The notes below the pieces were generated by a model that saw only the letters and a list, made by a program, of their open reading frames with translations, did not search any database and was not told the origin of the DNA. 64,000 nt of DNA. Origin: Ylistrum balloti. Lineage: Eukaryota. Below, piece by piece: positions 12,655 to 25,836 of the stretch. The position numbers and the translations under genes are program-made. Where the stretch lies: the NCBI RefSeq assembly GCF_031769215.1, contig NW_026782051.1, forward strand, positions 1,054,001-1,118,000. Reading direction: 5' to 3'. How positions within the stretch are numbered: the first letter of the stretch is position 1; each line of letters opens with the position of its first letter.

Positions 12655-15600
12655 ATAGTCATAACTCCGTCATCACTCAGTATACAATAGTCATCACACA
12701 GTACACAATAGTCATCACTCAGTATACAATAGTCATCACACAGTACACAATAGTGATCACACAGTATACAATAGTCATCACACAGTATACAATAGTCATC
12801 ACACAGTACACAATAGTCATCACTCAGTACACAATAGTCATCACACAGTATACAATAGTCATCACTCAGTATACAATAGTCATCACACAGTATACAATAG
12901 TCATCACACAGTATACAATAGTCATCACACAGTATACAATAGTCATCACACAGTATACAATAGTCATCACACAGTACACAACAGTCATCACTCAGTATAC
13001 AATAGTCATCACTCAGTATACAACTAGTCATCACTCAGTACACAATAGTCATCACACAGTACACAATAGTCATCACTCAGTACACAATAGTCATCACACA
13101 GTATACAATAGTCATCACACAGTATACAATGGTCATCACACAGTATACAATAGTCATCACACAGTATACAATAGTCATCACTCAGTATACAATAGTCATC
13201 ACTCAGTATACATCACACAGTATACAATGGTACAACACCTCACAGTAATACAAGTCATCACACAGTACACAATTACTATCACTCACAATAATACAACTGT
13301 AACACACTCAAGTATACACACAGTAATCACTGTAACACACGGTACACAAGTCATCACACAATACACAACTAGTCAACACTCAGTATACAATAGTCATCAC
13401 AGTAATAAACTGTAACACACAGTACACAATAGTCATCACAGTAATACAACAGTAACACTGGTACACAATTAGTCATCACACAGTAATAAAAGTAACACAC
13501 AGTACACAATTAGTCATCACAGTAATACAAGTCAACACTCAGTATACAATAGTCATCACTGAGGAACAAGTAACACATACACACAGTAATAAAACTGTAA
13601 CACACAGTACACAATTACTACACTCTCACAATAGTCATCAACAACTGTAACACATGGTACACAATTACTACACCTCACAGTAATAAAACTGTAACACACG
13701 GTACACAATTACTACACCTCACAGTAATAAAACTGTAACACACGGTACACAAGTACTACACTTCACAGTAATACAACTGTAACACACGGTACACAATTAC
13801 TACACCTCACAGTAATACAACTGTAACACACGGTACACAATTACTACACCTCACAGTAATAAAACTGTAACACACAGTACACAATTACTACACCTCACAG
13901 TAATAAAACTGTAACACACGGTACACAATTACTACATCTCACAGTAATAAAACTGTAACACACAGTACACAATTACTACACACACAGTAATAAAACTGTA
14001 AACAGTCATACACACAGTAATAATACTCACACACAGTACACAATAGTACATCACAAAACTGTCTGTACACAATTACTACACCTCACAGTAATAAAACTGT
14101 AACACACGGTACACAATTACTACACCTCACAGTAATAAAACTGTAACACACAGTACACAATTACTACACCTCACAGTAATAAAACTGTAACACACAGTAC
14201 ACAATTACTACACCTCACAGTAATAAAACTGTACACAATTACTACACCTCACAGTAATAAAACTGTAACACACAGTACACAATTACTACACCTCACAGTA
14301 ATAAAACTGTAACACACGGTACACAATTACTACACCTCACAGTAATAAAACTGTAACACACAGTACACAATTACTACACCTCACAGTAATAAAACTGTAA
14401 CACACGGTACACAATTACTACACCTCACAGTAATAAAACTGTAACACACGGTACACAATTACTACACCTCACAGTAATAAAACTGTAACACACGGTACAC
14501 AATTACTACACCTCACAGTAATAAAACTGTAACACACGGTACACAATTACTACACCTCACAGTAATAAAACTGTAACACACGGTACACAATTACTACACC
14601 TCACAGTAATAAAACTGTAACACACGGTACACAATTACTACACCTAACAGTAATAAAACTGTAACACACGGTACACAATTACTACACCTCACAGTAATAA
14701 AACTGTAACACACGGTACACAATTACTACACCTCACAGTAATAAAACTGTAACACACGGTACACAATTACTACACCTCACAGTAATAAAACTGTAACACA
14801 CGGTACACAATTACTACACCTCACAGTAATACAACTGTAACACACGGTACACAATTACTACATCTCACAGTAAATAAACTGTAACACACGGTACACAATT
14901 ACTACACCTCACAGTAATAAAACTGTAACACACGGTACACAATTACTACACCTCACAGTAATAAAACTGTAACACACGGTACACAATTACTACACCTCAC
15001 AGTAATAAAACTGTAACACACGGTACACAATTACTACACCTCACAGTAATAAAACTGTAACACACGGTACACAATTACTACACCTCACAGTAATAAAACT
15101 GTAACACACGGTACACAATTACTACACCTCACAGTAATAAAACTGTAATACACGGTACACAATTACTACACCTCACAGTAATAAAACTGTAACACACGGT
15201 ACACAATTACTACACCTCACAGTAATAAAACTGTAACACACGGTACACAATTACTACACCTCACAGTAATAAAACTGTAACACACGGTACACAAGTACTA
15301 CACCTCACAGTAATTAAACTGTAACACACGGTACACAATTACTACACCTCACAGTAATAAAACTGTAACACACGGTACACAATTACTACACCTCACAGTA
15401 ATAAAACTGTAACACACGGTACACAATTACTACACCTCACAGTAATACAACTGTAACACACGGTACACAATTACTACACCTCACAGTAATAAAACTGTAA
15501 CACACGGTACACAATTACTACACCTCACAGTAATAAAACTGTAACACACGGTACACAATTACTACACCTCACAGTAATAAAACTGTAACACACGGTACAC

Positions 15601-16960
15601 AATTACAACACCTCACAGCAATAAAACTGTAACACACGGTACACAATTACTACACCTCACAGTAATAAAACTGTAACACACGGTACACAATTACTACACC
15701 TCACAGTAATAAAACTGTAACACACGGTACACAATTACTACACCTCACAGTAATAAAACTGTAACACACGGTACACAATTACTACACCTCACAGTAATAA
15801 AACTGTAACACACGGTACACAATTACTACACCTCACAGTAATAAAACTGTAACACACGGTACACAATTACTACACCTCACAGTAATAAAACTGTAACACA
15901 CGGTACACAATTACTACACCTCACAGTAATAAAACTGTAACACACGGTACACAATTACTACACCTCACAGTAATAAAACTGTAACACACAGTACACAATT
16001 ACTACACCTCACAGTAATAAAACTGTAACACACGGTACACAATTACTACACCTCACAGTAATAAACTGTAACACACGGTACACAATGACACTACATCTCA
16101 CAGTAATCAAACTGTAACACACACAATTACACAGTACACACATTACTAGTCATCACACAGTAATACAACTGTAACACACAGTACACAATGGTACATCACA
16201 CAGTAATAAAACTGTCAACACACAGTACACAATGGTCACACTCACAGTAATACAACTGTCAACACACGGTATACAATGGTCACACTCACAGTAATAAAAC
16301 TGTAACACACAGTACACAATAGTCATCACACAGTAATAAACTGTAACACACAGTACACAATACTACACATCACACAGTATACAATAGTCATCACACAGTA
16401 CACAATAGTCATCACACAGTATACAATAGTCATCACTCAGTACACAATAGTCATCACACAGTATACAATAGTCATCACACAGTACACAATAGTCATCACA
16501 CAGTACACCATAGTCATCACACAGTATACAATAGTCATCACTCAGTATACAATAGTCATCACACAGTATACAATAGTCATCACACAGTACACAATAGTCA
16601 TCACACAGTACACAATAGTCATCACACAGTATACAATAGTCATCACTCAGTATACAATAGTCATCACACAGTATACCATAGTCATCACACAGTACACAAT
16701 AGTCATCACACAGTATACAATATGCATCAACCAGTATACAAGTCATCACACAGTATACCATAGTCATCACACAGTATACCATAGTCATCACACAGTATAC
16801 CATAGTCATCACACAGTATACAATAGTCATCACACAGTATACCATAGTCATCACACAGTACACAATGGTCATCACACAGTATACAATAGTCATCACACAG
16901 TATACAAGTCATCACCCAGTATAAAACAGTCATCACTCAGGACACAATAGTCATCACCCA
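12655..16960. repeat. Compound minisatellite: 21-bp units (CACACAGTATACAATAGTCAT) at both ends, ~55 copies of a 44-bp unit (CACGGTACACAATTACTACACCTCACAGTAATAAAACTGTAACA) in the core
   Basis: Periods measured directly (44 bp: 14403 to 14447). Approximate zones: 21-mer 12668-13215 and 16366-16960; 44-mer 13660-16100. Confidence 0.97.
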
Positions 16961-17163
16961 TTGTGCGATGTTTCCATTCACAATACAATATTTTTCGCTT
17001 ATTACATAGATATTTTGATGTTTACTCTGAAAGACAATGATATAAAATGTTGTGATAGGAATTCATTTTTACAATACAAGATATTGTCTGGTTATCATGA
17101 GTATACACAAATAGCTTCTACATATTAATTGTGCCCGTTGTACTAAACACATTTGTACCTTAC

Positions 17164-17240
17164 CTGTATTTCTGAGATTCGAACACGCCCACTCCGCACG
17201 TATAAATCCTGACGCTAGTTAAACGCCCTTTCATATAAAG
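17164..17240 (-). other. Putative non-coding first exon of the P4H-like gene (5' boundary approximate)
   Basis: Strong donor ATACAG|GTAAGG at 17164 in a CpG-richer patch; matches the orphan acceptor at 12573. Confidence 0.5.
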
Positions 17241-19268
17241 GCATTGGGCAGAATATTTCGGCCGTGTAACAACCAATGTGTTCACTGCATTTACCAGTAT
17301 ATGCGCAATTGTCTTCGATGTATTCTTACAGAATATACGTCATCAAAAGGTAGACAGACCTACGTACCTGTCCGCTGTACCGGTCAATGGGTTTATCGAC
17401 AATCAGCTGGCTCGGATGGAGCATGTTCAGCTTGACTTAAACAAACGAAACTTTCTCAAGGCTAACAGCCAGACTTAATTTTTCTTGATATTTATTTATA
17501 CAAATTTTAAAAGAGTTGCTAAACTGCTCTTTTTCCTAATTGATGTTAAAATAACGTAATTGTGATATTCTGAAAGGGAAGTAAATGATAAAATCTATGG
17601 AGAGACATTTCTCTCAAAATGTTGACAGATAATATAACGAAGGTACCTTTTGTTTTTAAACCCAAGTTCGGATATGCCGTATCAGCAAAGTTCAATAAAA
17701 AAAAATGCAAACACATTTAGTGATATTATGACCGTTGATAGTTGTGCGACTCAAGTTGACAATACGTAAACCACTGACCAGATTACGTATCTATTTAATC
17801 AGAAGGACCAAACTGATCTGTTTGTACCCGAGGCTATCTAGGTTCTTCGCGGTCCAAATGTCTACTTATTTTTGTACTCCGCATTAGTATAGCTCGATAT
17901 TTCAAGTGTCTATTTGATCGTGTGTGACGACGACATCTCTTTAAAAATTATAACAAATTTTGTAAAATACTATACACCCCAACAAGATATGGCATCGATA
18001 GATAGTGTTCTAATACAAGATACATATTACAGGATCCCGACAATCATGTTTAAACATATCAATTTACTATCACTGGAGTTATATCAGAAGGTTTAAACAA
18101 ACACCCCGAGAAACTTACGCTCCACAGGTACCCATTTTTTTTACTATTATTTTAGAAAATATTTGTACCTAATCTTGTTAAAACCAATGAAATTGATATT
18201 TTCCGGTTGATGGTTTAGTACATTAACCATAGAAGAAGAAGAAAAAGAAGACTTGTGTCACTTCTGAGCGTGGAATCTGCATCTGAATATTATATCTGAA
18301 TTTTAAAGACACTTGAAAGCTTATAGAATATACAAGCGTTGTTTCATTTAATTCTAATATACATACATGTATCGCTATAATTGATATGCATACATGTTAT
18401 ATATCTATGCCAGTTAATAGGCATATCACAATTATTTCAATCTCTGTCCCAAAATGAAATAAATGTAGTTGTACCCGTGTACCTTTATAAAATTGATGAT
18501 CTTCGCGACGTACTAACAATATTATTCTTTCTTTTTAAATTTTCCATATAGCCAGACTAACTTGTGTATATATATATATATGTATATTTTTGTTTAGCTT
18601 AACGTCCTTGTTCCGGTTATGACCGAGTCTAGGACACCATATATATGGGTTTCCCCACAAGTCAATCTATTTTAAGCTAGTTATAAACCTGTTTCTCTCT
18701 AGGTAAGGATTTCCCCTTGTAACAATGTGAATTTGACCTATTTTAGGGTATATATTCGGGTAACTCGTTGAAACAAACCATAGGATAAGGTGCTGTTGAT
18801 AAATAACCTCCACACCACCACCCTAGTCCCACCCACTTAAATCTTTGCCCGAGCTAAAACTTTGGGGCACGAAAAAACTTGTAACCGACCAACCAATGTA
18901 ATCAACCAACCTCGTTTAGAATGCAAGTGGTATCTCCAAATATCGACGCCTTAATGTCAGTATAAAACTCAAATTAAACGTTTTTAGGAGTTGTTAAAAA
19001 GCACTGTGGGTACACGGTAGTTGTGGTCGTTCTCATATACCCCATTACATGCGTTGTATTTTCACTGTATTGCTGGAAAAGTGATTTAATTTGATATATT
19101 TTGTATCACGTGAACATCACTTACAACAAATTGTTGATCCACCATCTAAGTACAAGTGTGAAGACTGACTGAACAATAGCATCAGCACTGGATAAAAGAA
19201 ACAACACGTTTAGGGAACAAAATGGAAGAAGATGGCAAAACAAAATAGCAATTGGATAATTCAAAATA

Positions 19269-20177
19269 CAGTCAAACTTCGATGAATCGATCTTCGATGA
19301 TTCGATATTCTCGCTGTGTCGATATTTTTACTTGGTCCCGACTATTTTCCTTATATATTTCTACTTAACTCACTACTCATGAATCGATCATTTATGTTTC
19401 GATATTCTCGGTGTTTCGATAATTTTCTACAGTACAAGTCATATAAATTCGTTCAAAATCACCATGAATAAATCGATCAAAATTTACCTGTGGTCACTGT
19501 GCTCGATGGTCAGTCGACCGAAACAAATTCACACCTGTAGCGAGACCCTCCAGCGTTAATCTTTTGTTTACCGTTACGGTCGATCAGGACAATGGCATTT
19601 TACCACCTCTTGTATACAATTAGTCAATGACCAATAATTAGTTTGAACAGTAATATATGCTATGTTAGAAAGATTGATACATACACACGCCGAATTGAGG
19701 CAAGTGTTATTATTGTCAAATCACATGACGCCATTTTGAGATGTTATGGTTGTACTAATTACCGTACTGTAAAAACATGCGGAATGGTGATAGTGTTTAA
19801 GAGTACTAAATAACTGACAGTGCCAATTTCGTGCTTTTCGTGACATGTGATTTTTCTGTTCCGTAAAATACATTTACCCATTTCGTCATTTACGTGTGAT
19901 ACTTCATTGCCATGTACTTCGAATGTTTCATGTTATTTATTGTTGTTTGGTCGTAATAAAATTCAATTTAACTGTTTTTGATTGTTGAGTCTTTATTTAA
20001 ATCATTAATACACACATAATTGTTATCTTTTGTCTAAAACATAATGAAAAAAACTTTTAAATACGGACCCCTATTACGTGGACCAGCTATTTGACTGAAC
20101 TATTTTTGTATCGGAGTCCCGATGTATCGATATTTTTATGACGGTCCCTTGAATATCGAATTATCGAAGTTTGACTG
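19269..20177. mobile_element. Non-autonomous Tc1/mariner-pogo type DNA transposon (MITE)
   Basis: 15-bp perfect TIR CAGTCAAACTTCGAT...ATCGAAGTTTGACTG flanked by TA on both sides (19267-68, 20178-79); no transposase ORF. Confidence 0.85.
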
Positions 20178-20259
20178 TAGTCTCTAACCGAATTATATAT
20201 TCTTCATTTAAGAGAGTGTCCAGCCACATCTGTCCTAGTATAAAATCCAGAATTATCTG

Positions 20260-20668
20260 CAGTAAAACCTCGCTTGAAGACCACCAATTCATTTCAGTCC
20301 CCAAAATATCCTTTGTATGTTAGCTTCACTATTACGACCACCTCTTTGTAAACACCTTACTGTTAAGACCACCTCTCAATTAAGACCATTTTTGAAAAGT
20401 CCAAAAGACCAAATTGCCTGGTGTGTATTCCAGCGTGTACACCTGCCAGGTGTCAGACCTGTTAGCTATACTCGGGTGACAAACTAGCTTCCCAGCTGAA
20501 ACTACTGTGCTTCAGTCACTGTAAAGCCAACATTCTAATTCTATGACAGTGAAATTTGAAAAAAATATACTGTAAGGAAAGTCTTGTCTGTCTAATCATA
20601 CTTGCTATTCAGACCACTAATAGTATTGTCCAGTCTCCAAGTTGTTCTTCACAGCGAGGTTTTGATTG
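20260..20668. mobile_element. Second pogo/Tigger-like MITE
   Basis: Imperfect TIRs CAGTAAAACCTCGCTTGAAGACCAC / GTTGTTCTTCACAGCGAGGTTTTGATTG; right flank TA, left flank TG. Confidence 0.65.
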
Positions 20669-21222
20669 TATTTTGCGCAGTATCTCCAATACTTGAGCTT
20701 GGCAGATGACGCAAGAAATCTAAGGGAAAATGGCCTTGATTATTACAGGCCTGTGAAGTCAAAAGTTAATACAACTTATAGGTGTACATGTATTCAGTGC
20801 GCGACCACCAAACTAAACATTAACGACAAATGTTGTTAATGCCTGAAGAAATGTGCAAATACGGAACACAACTATAACAAAACTATGGATAGCAAACGGT
20901 GACATTAAGATTTCATATTATTACGAATATTATGAGGACATAGCGTGGAAATGTGTTAGAACTACTCGACCGTGGCCAGCGGGAAGAACTTGTTAAGTGT
21001 AAACCGTTTATGGCATAATAAAAATACGAAAAAATCTATTTAAATGTTAAGTGTTTAAAGCCTGAATATCAACGCAACAATGCAGATAAAAGAAAAAAGT
21101 GGCACACACTATAGTAATCTAGAATGTTTTCTTTGTAAAACTGTCATTGTGCATATGAAAGATAGTGGTATTGTAAATGTAGGGACACTATAAGTAAGGG
21201 TGACGCGTATCAACAAAAACAT

Positions 21223-21270
21223 TTCACTCGTGTGTCTAATATTTGCTAAAACATTAGACACACGAGTGAA
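21223..21270. repeat. Perfect 18-bp inverted repeat with 12-nt loop
   Basis: TTCACTCGTGTGTCTAAT ... ATTAGACACACGAGTGAA. Confidence 0.85.
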
Positions 21271-21529
21271 GTATATTTGTTATTACTGAAGACACTATTA
21301 TATATCCTCTATTTATTACATTATTGCCAGTGAAATACAGAAAAGATCTTATTGATAAAAGTGTTATTTTTCACTGGTGTGACCTTTTGTCAAAAATTAA
21401 GATATTATGAACAAGCCCTGGACTATATAGGCTTAATCAATAGTGACGTAAACAACGAACAGAATAAACGTTCTTCTTATAATATTTGTTTTGTTTTCCT
21501 TTTTATCTCTTCATTCGTCTCTATATCTA

Positions 21530-22260
21530 TCAGTAAGCTATTCCTCATCAGCATTACAAATCTTGTTAACATGAGAGATTTTGATATTTGATAATATTTG
21601 TAAAAAGGCTCTTATAACAATCAGTACTGGGTAGAAGATGAGGGTTTGATGTTTCGATGACTGCACGGTCACTTTCATCAGACATATGCCTAGTGTGGAG
21701 TGTACTAGTACAGACATACGTAGTGTAGGTGATGGTAAGGAAACGACTAACATTTTCAGTTATACCACAATCCTATGTACACTAAAGTTGAAAACTGTAT
21801 GACCAGAAATTGTACACAAGATGATAACAATGTGCTGTAGTATTGTGGTTTCTTAGAAGGGAAATGTTGAGGAGAGAGGATGATTTCATATTCTGGTAGA
21901 TAAAAGGTTGGTATGACCAATATATGTCCTGCTATTGACATCAACATCGTACATTTTCTATCAGAAAGTGAACTTGAAGGACATGGCAAAGCGTTTGTCA
22001 CTTGCTTTGACAGACAATTCATTGTAAGTCAGGCAGAAGGGCACAGCTTGGTCCCATTCGTATGGCAGTAGTCTGTCGGAAGAACAAAGATATTGTCAAC
22101 CAGAAATTCTATGATAAACGTGTTTTCCTACTCAGTATATTTCTTGTGATATTTTAGAGGTGATTGTCACGAGGTACCACATAGATTTACAGCCGTTCAA
22201 CTGACACAACCTAGGAGTGAATTCCTTGTAGTGTACTGGGTGGACATTCTTTGCAGTAAA
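21530..22260 (-). mobile_element. Degenerate Penelope-like retroelement fragment (RT remnant plus 3' region)
   Basis: Frameshifted minus-strand translations STQYTT, IEFLVDNIFV, QTTAIRMGPSCA-LLPDL, SFKFTF and YLPEYEI match PLE reverse-transcriptase motifs from recall (FSTLYT, LEFLIDNIFV, QTVGIPMGTNCAPLLADL, SFNFTFRYIDD, YPSELEI). Confidence 0.7.
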
Positions 22261-22659
22261 GGTACTGAAAGCAGAAGCTCTTTGCTTTTGCAGTTCTTTA
22301 AAATCAACAGATCATCAATTTCAGTGGCTGGAGTGAACAGTCTTTATAAGACCGTTATTTGCTTGTACTAAGGAATGGCAGTACACAGTTTTGATCATTT
22401 TGTTGAACCTATGGCCAAGCCAACCATAAAACGCTGCTTCTGGTGAAGTTTAAGAATCAAAATTAAACAGAGTAGGAAGACATCATTAACCCATAACTTG
22501 CGATCAGAATGACAAGCTAGTGCTAAAATGTATTTCTTCTTTCGAAGGACTGGATAATGTGTAAAATGTTTTATGCGGTGCAAAAAATGCGAAATATTTA
22601 TACACAAGTATCAAGTTAAACAGAAAGATAATTTACCTTTTTTCGCTGAAACGATGAGG

Positions 22660-24375
22660 CGATGGAGGTACAAGCCGTCCACAAAGGTTGAGAGGATATG
22701 GAGATACAAACTGTCCACAAAGATTGAGAGAACATCAACATACAAACTGACCACAGAGATTGAGAGAACATCAACATACAAACTGACCACAAAAGTTGAA
22801 AGAATATGGAGATACAAGTCATCCACAAAGGTTGAGAGAACGTGGAGATACAAGTCATCCACAAAGGTTGAGAGAACATGGAGATACAAGTCATCCACAA
22901 AGGTTGAGAGAACGTGGAGGAACAAGCTGTCCACAAAGGTTGAGAGAACGTGGAGATACAAGTCATCCACAAAGATTGAGAGAACATGGAGATACAAGTC
23001 ATCCACAAAGATTGAGAGAATATGGAGATACAAGTCATCCACAAAGATTGAGAGAATATGGAGATACAAGTCATCCACAAAGGTTGAGAGAACGTGGAGG
23101 AACAAGCTGTCCACAAAGGTTGAGAGAACGTGGAGATACAAGTCATCCACAAAGGTTGAGAGAACGTGGAGATACAAGTCATCCACAAAGAGAGAACGTG
23201 GAGATACAAGTCATCCACAAAGATTGAGAGAATATGGAGATACAAGTCATCCACAAAGGTTGAGAGAACATGGAGATACAAGTCATCCACAAAGATTGAG
23301 AGAATATGGAGATACAAGTCATCCACAAAGGTTGAGAGAACATGGAGATACAAGTCATCCACAAAGATTGAGAGAACGTGGAGATACAAGTCATCCACAA
23401 AGATTGAGAGAATATGGAGATACAAGTCATCCACAAAGATTGAGAGAACGTGGAGATACAAGTCATCCACAGAGATTGAAAGAACGTGGAGATACAAGTC
23501 ATCCACAAAGATTGAGAGAACATGGAGATACAAGTCATCCACAAAGGTTGAAAGAATATGGAGATACAAGTCATCCACAAATGTTGAGAGAATATGGAGA
23601 TACAAGTCATCCACAAAGATTGAGAGAACGTGGAGGAACAAGCTATCCACAAAGATTGAGAGAACGTGGAGATACAAGTCATCCACAAAGATTGAGAGAA
23701 TATGGAGATACAAGTCATCCACAAAAGTTGAGAGAACATGGAGGAACAAGCTATCCACAGAGATTGAGAGAACGTGGAGGAACAAGCTATCCACAGAGAT
23801 TGAGAGAACGTGGAGATACAAGTCATCCACAAAGATTGAGAGAATATGGAGATACAAGTCATCCACAAAGGTTGAGAGAACATGGAGATTCAAACTGACC
23901 ACAAAGATTGAGAGAACATGGAGATACAAGTCATCCACAAAGGTTGTTAGAACGTGGAGATACATGTCATCCACAAAGGTTGTTAGAACGTGGAGATACA
24001 TGTCATCCACAAAGGTTGAGAGAACATGGAGATACAAGTCATCCACAAAGGTTGAGAGAACATGGAAATACAAGTCATCCACAAAGATTGAGAGAACGTG
24101 GAGATACAAGTCATCCACAGAGATTGAGAGAATATGGAGATACAAGTCATCCACAAAGGTTGAGAGAACATGGAAATACAAGTCATCCACAAAGATTGAG
24201 AGAACGTGGAGATACAAGTCATCCACAAATATTAAGAGAACATGGAGATACAAACTGACCACAAAGATTGAGAGAACATTGAGAAACAAGCTGTCCACAA
24301 AGGTTGCAAACTTTTGGAGATAAAAGCCATCAGCATAGGTTGAGAGAACATGGAGATATAAGATGTCCATAAAGG
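22660..24375. repeat. 36-bp minisatellite (~47 copies; GAGAGAACGTGGAGATACAAGTCATCCACAAAGATT)
   Basis: Period 36 measured (22808 to 22844); one unit near 23190 has a 4-nt deletion. Confidence 0.97.
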
Positions 24376-25836
24376 TTGAGAGTTACAAGTGATTCAAGCT
24401 GTTCACAAATCCTGAGATAATATGGAGATCAATATTTTTCTTGAGCGATAACCTGCTATCATTAAGAAGCAACAGCATCAATTTTGGACAAGGCTGCCTT
24501 CATTCCAAGAAGCACTAATGTTTTTTTATTTTGTTAATCTCACTGCCAAAAGACTGACACATTTCATCCATAACAAGAAAGATTTTCTCATTACATATTT
24601 TAGATGAAATATAATTATTATTGAACCAATGTCAAATCAAACAATGTCTAACTCATGGAATATTATTTGTATTCTGGTTACTTCATTTTCAACGGTTGAA
24701 TTGAGCAATATACAAGCACAGCACAAAATGTCTATATGAACAAATAAAAATTTGAGAAATTCATACAAAGTTTTCTTTACACAATACTATATGCATTAAA
24801 TCATATACATGTACCATGTTATAATAATGAAGTATTGTCAGATGCACTTTTGCCAGCTGTAAAAATGCATCTATACAAAAATCTTGTACTATGTTAGCCT
24901 CTAAGAATGAGCATTTTCCATTTTCCCTCCCCTGCCAAATACTCTTTTGAAAACAGAAGGAATACATGTATAATCCAGATCTTTTAGAAAATAAAACTTG
25001 TTTTCTCAATTTTTGACACAGGCACAGGCTGCTTGAAATAAAGAGATCCATCCAATACTTCTTAAGACATTGCAATAGCAATATAGTAACAGATGTACAT
25101 CATTCTGAACTGCCCCTTATCAGATGATGATGATGGGGTGATCGGGGAAAACTTATCTATAATGCAGTCTAAATCATCATTTGGCATAACGCATCTAATA
25201 CTTATTTTGTGTATTCCTTGAGCACAGAGAATACTTTACAGGATACAAACCACACCTGTACATAGACTAGCTATAAATCTATCACTGTATTAAAACATGT
25301 CATATTGTACACACATATCCATACAGAATACTTTATATTTCGTCAATATCTAAACAATTATGATATATGACTGGTTATATAAATCATAACCAATGAAAAC
25401 ATTATTGGACAAATATTTTAATATCATCAAGATTAAGCAATAGTCAGATTATGTCCACTTATCACCATGGAGTTTATTGTATATTATAAAGCATTTTCAG
25501 AAAATCACTTCAATAAACAGCATCTCTCTTCACATCAGTGTAAACGGTCTACAAATCACAGCTTGTGGTTAAAATATGCCTTACTGATACACATATAAAT
25601 ATAAAACAGGGATATGTTTTTAAAACAATACTTCAATCCAGTGTAATCCATGGTTTACTCTTAAAAGTTAAACAGCAACTTTTGAAGGTAAAATCTTACA
25701 TATTAAATCACTAATAGTTCCACTTTTATTCAGCAAAACAACAGTACCTTTTATATTATGACATGTCTTATCAGGACTTACAGCTTTTGATTTTCATGAT
25801 CATGTCCAGCAAGTAGTTCATACCCAGTATTAAGCC

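Noticed and set aside
12648-16936. Cys/Asp-rich and Thr/Val-rich ORFs (DDYCILC, ITQYTIV repeats)
   Set aside because: They are translations of the 21-bp minisatellite in an intron; no splice or start context and no unique sequence.
22573-24370. 441-, 584-, 385- and 234-aa ORFs
   Set aside because: Overlapping frames on both strands of a 36-bp array; frames swap at an indel. Not called as genes.
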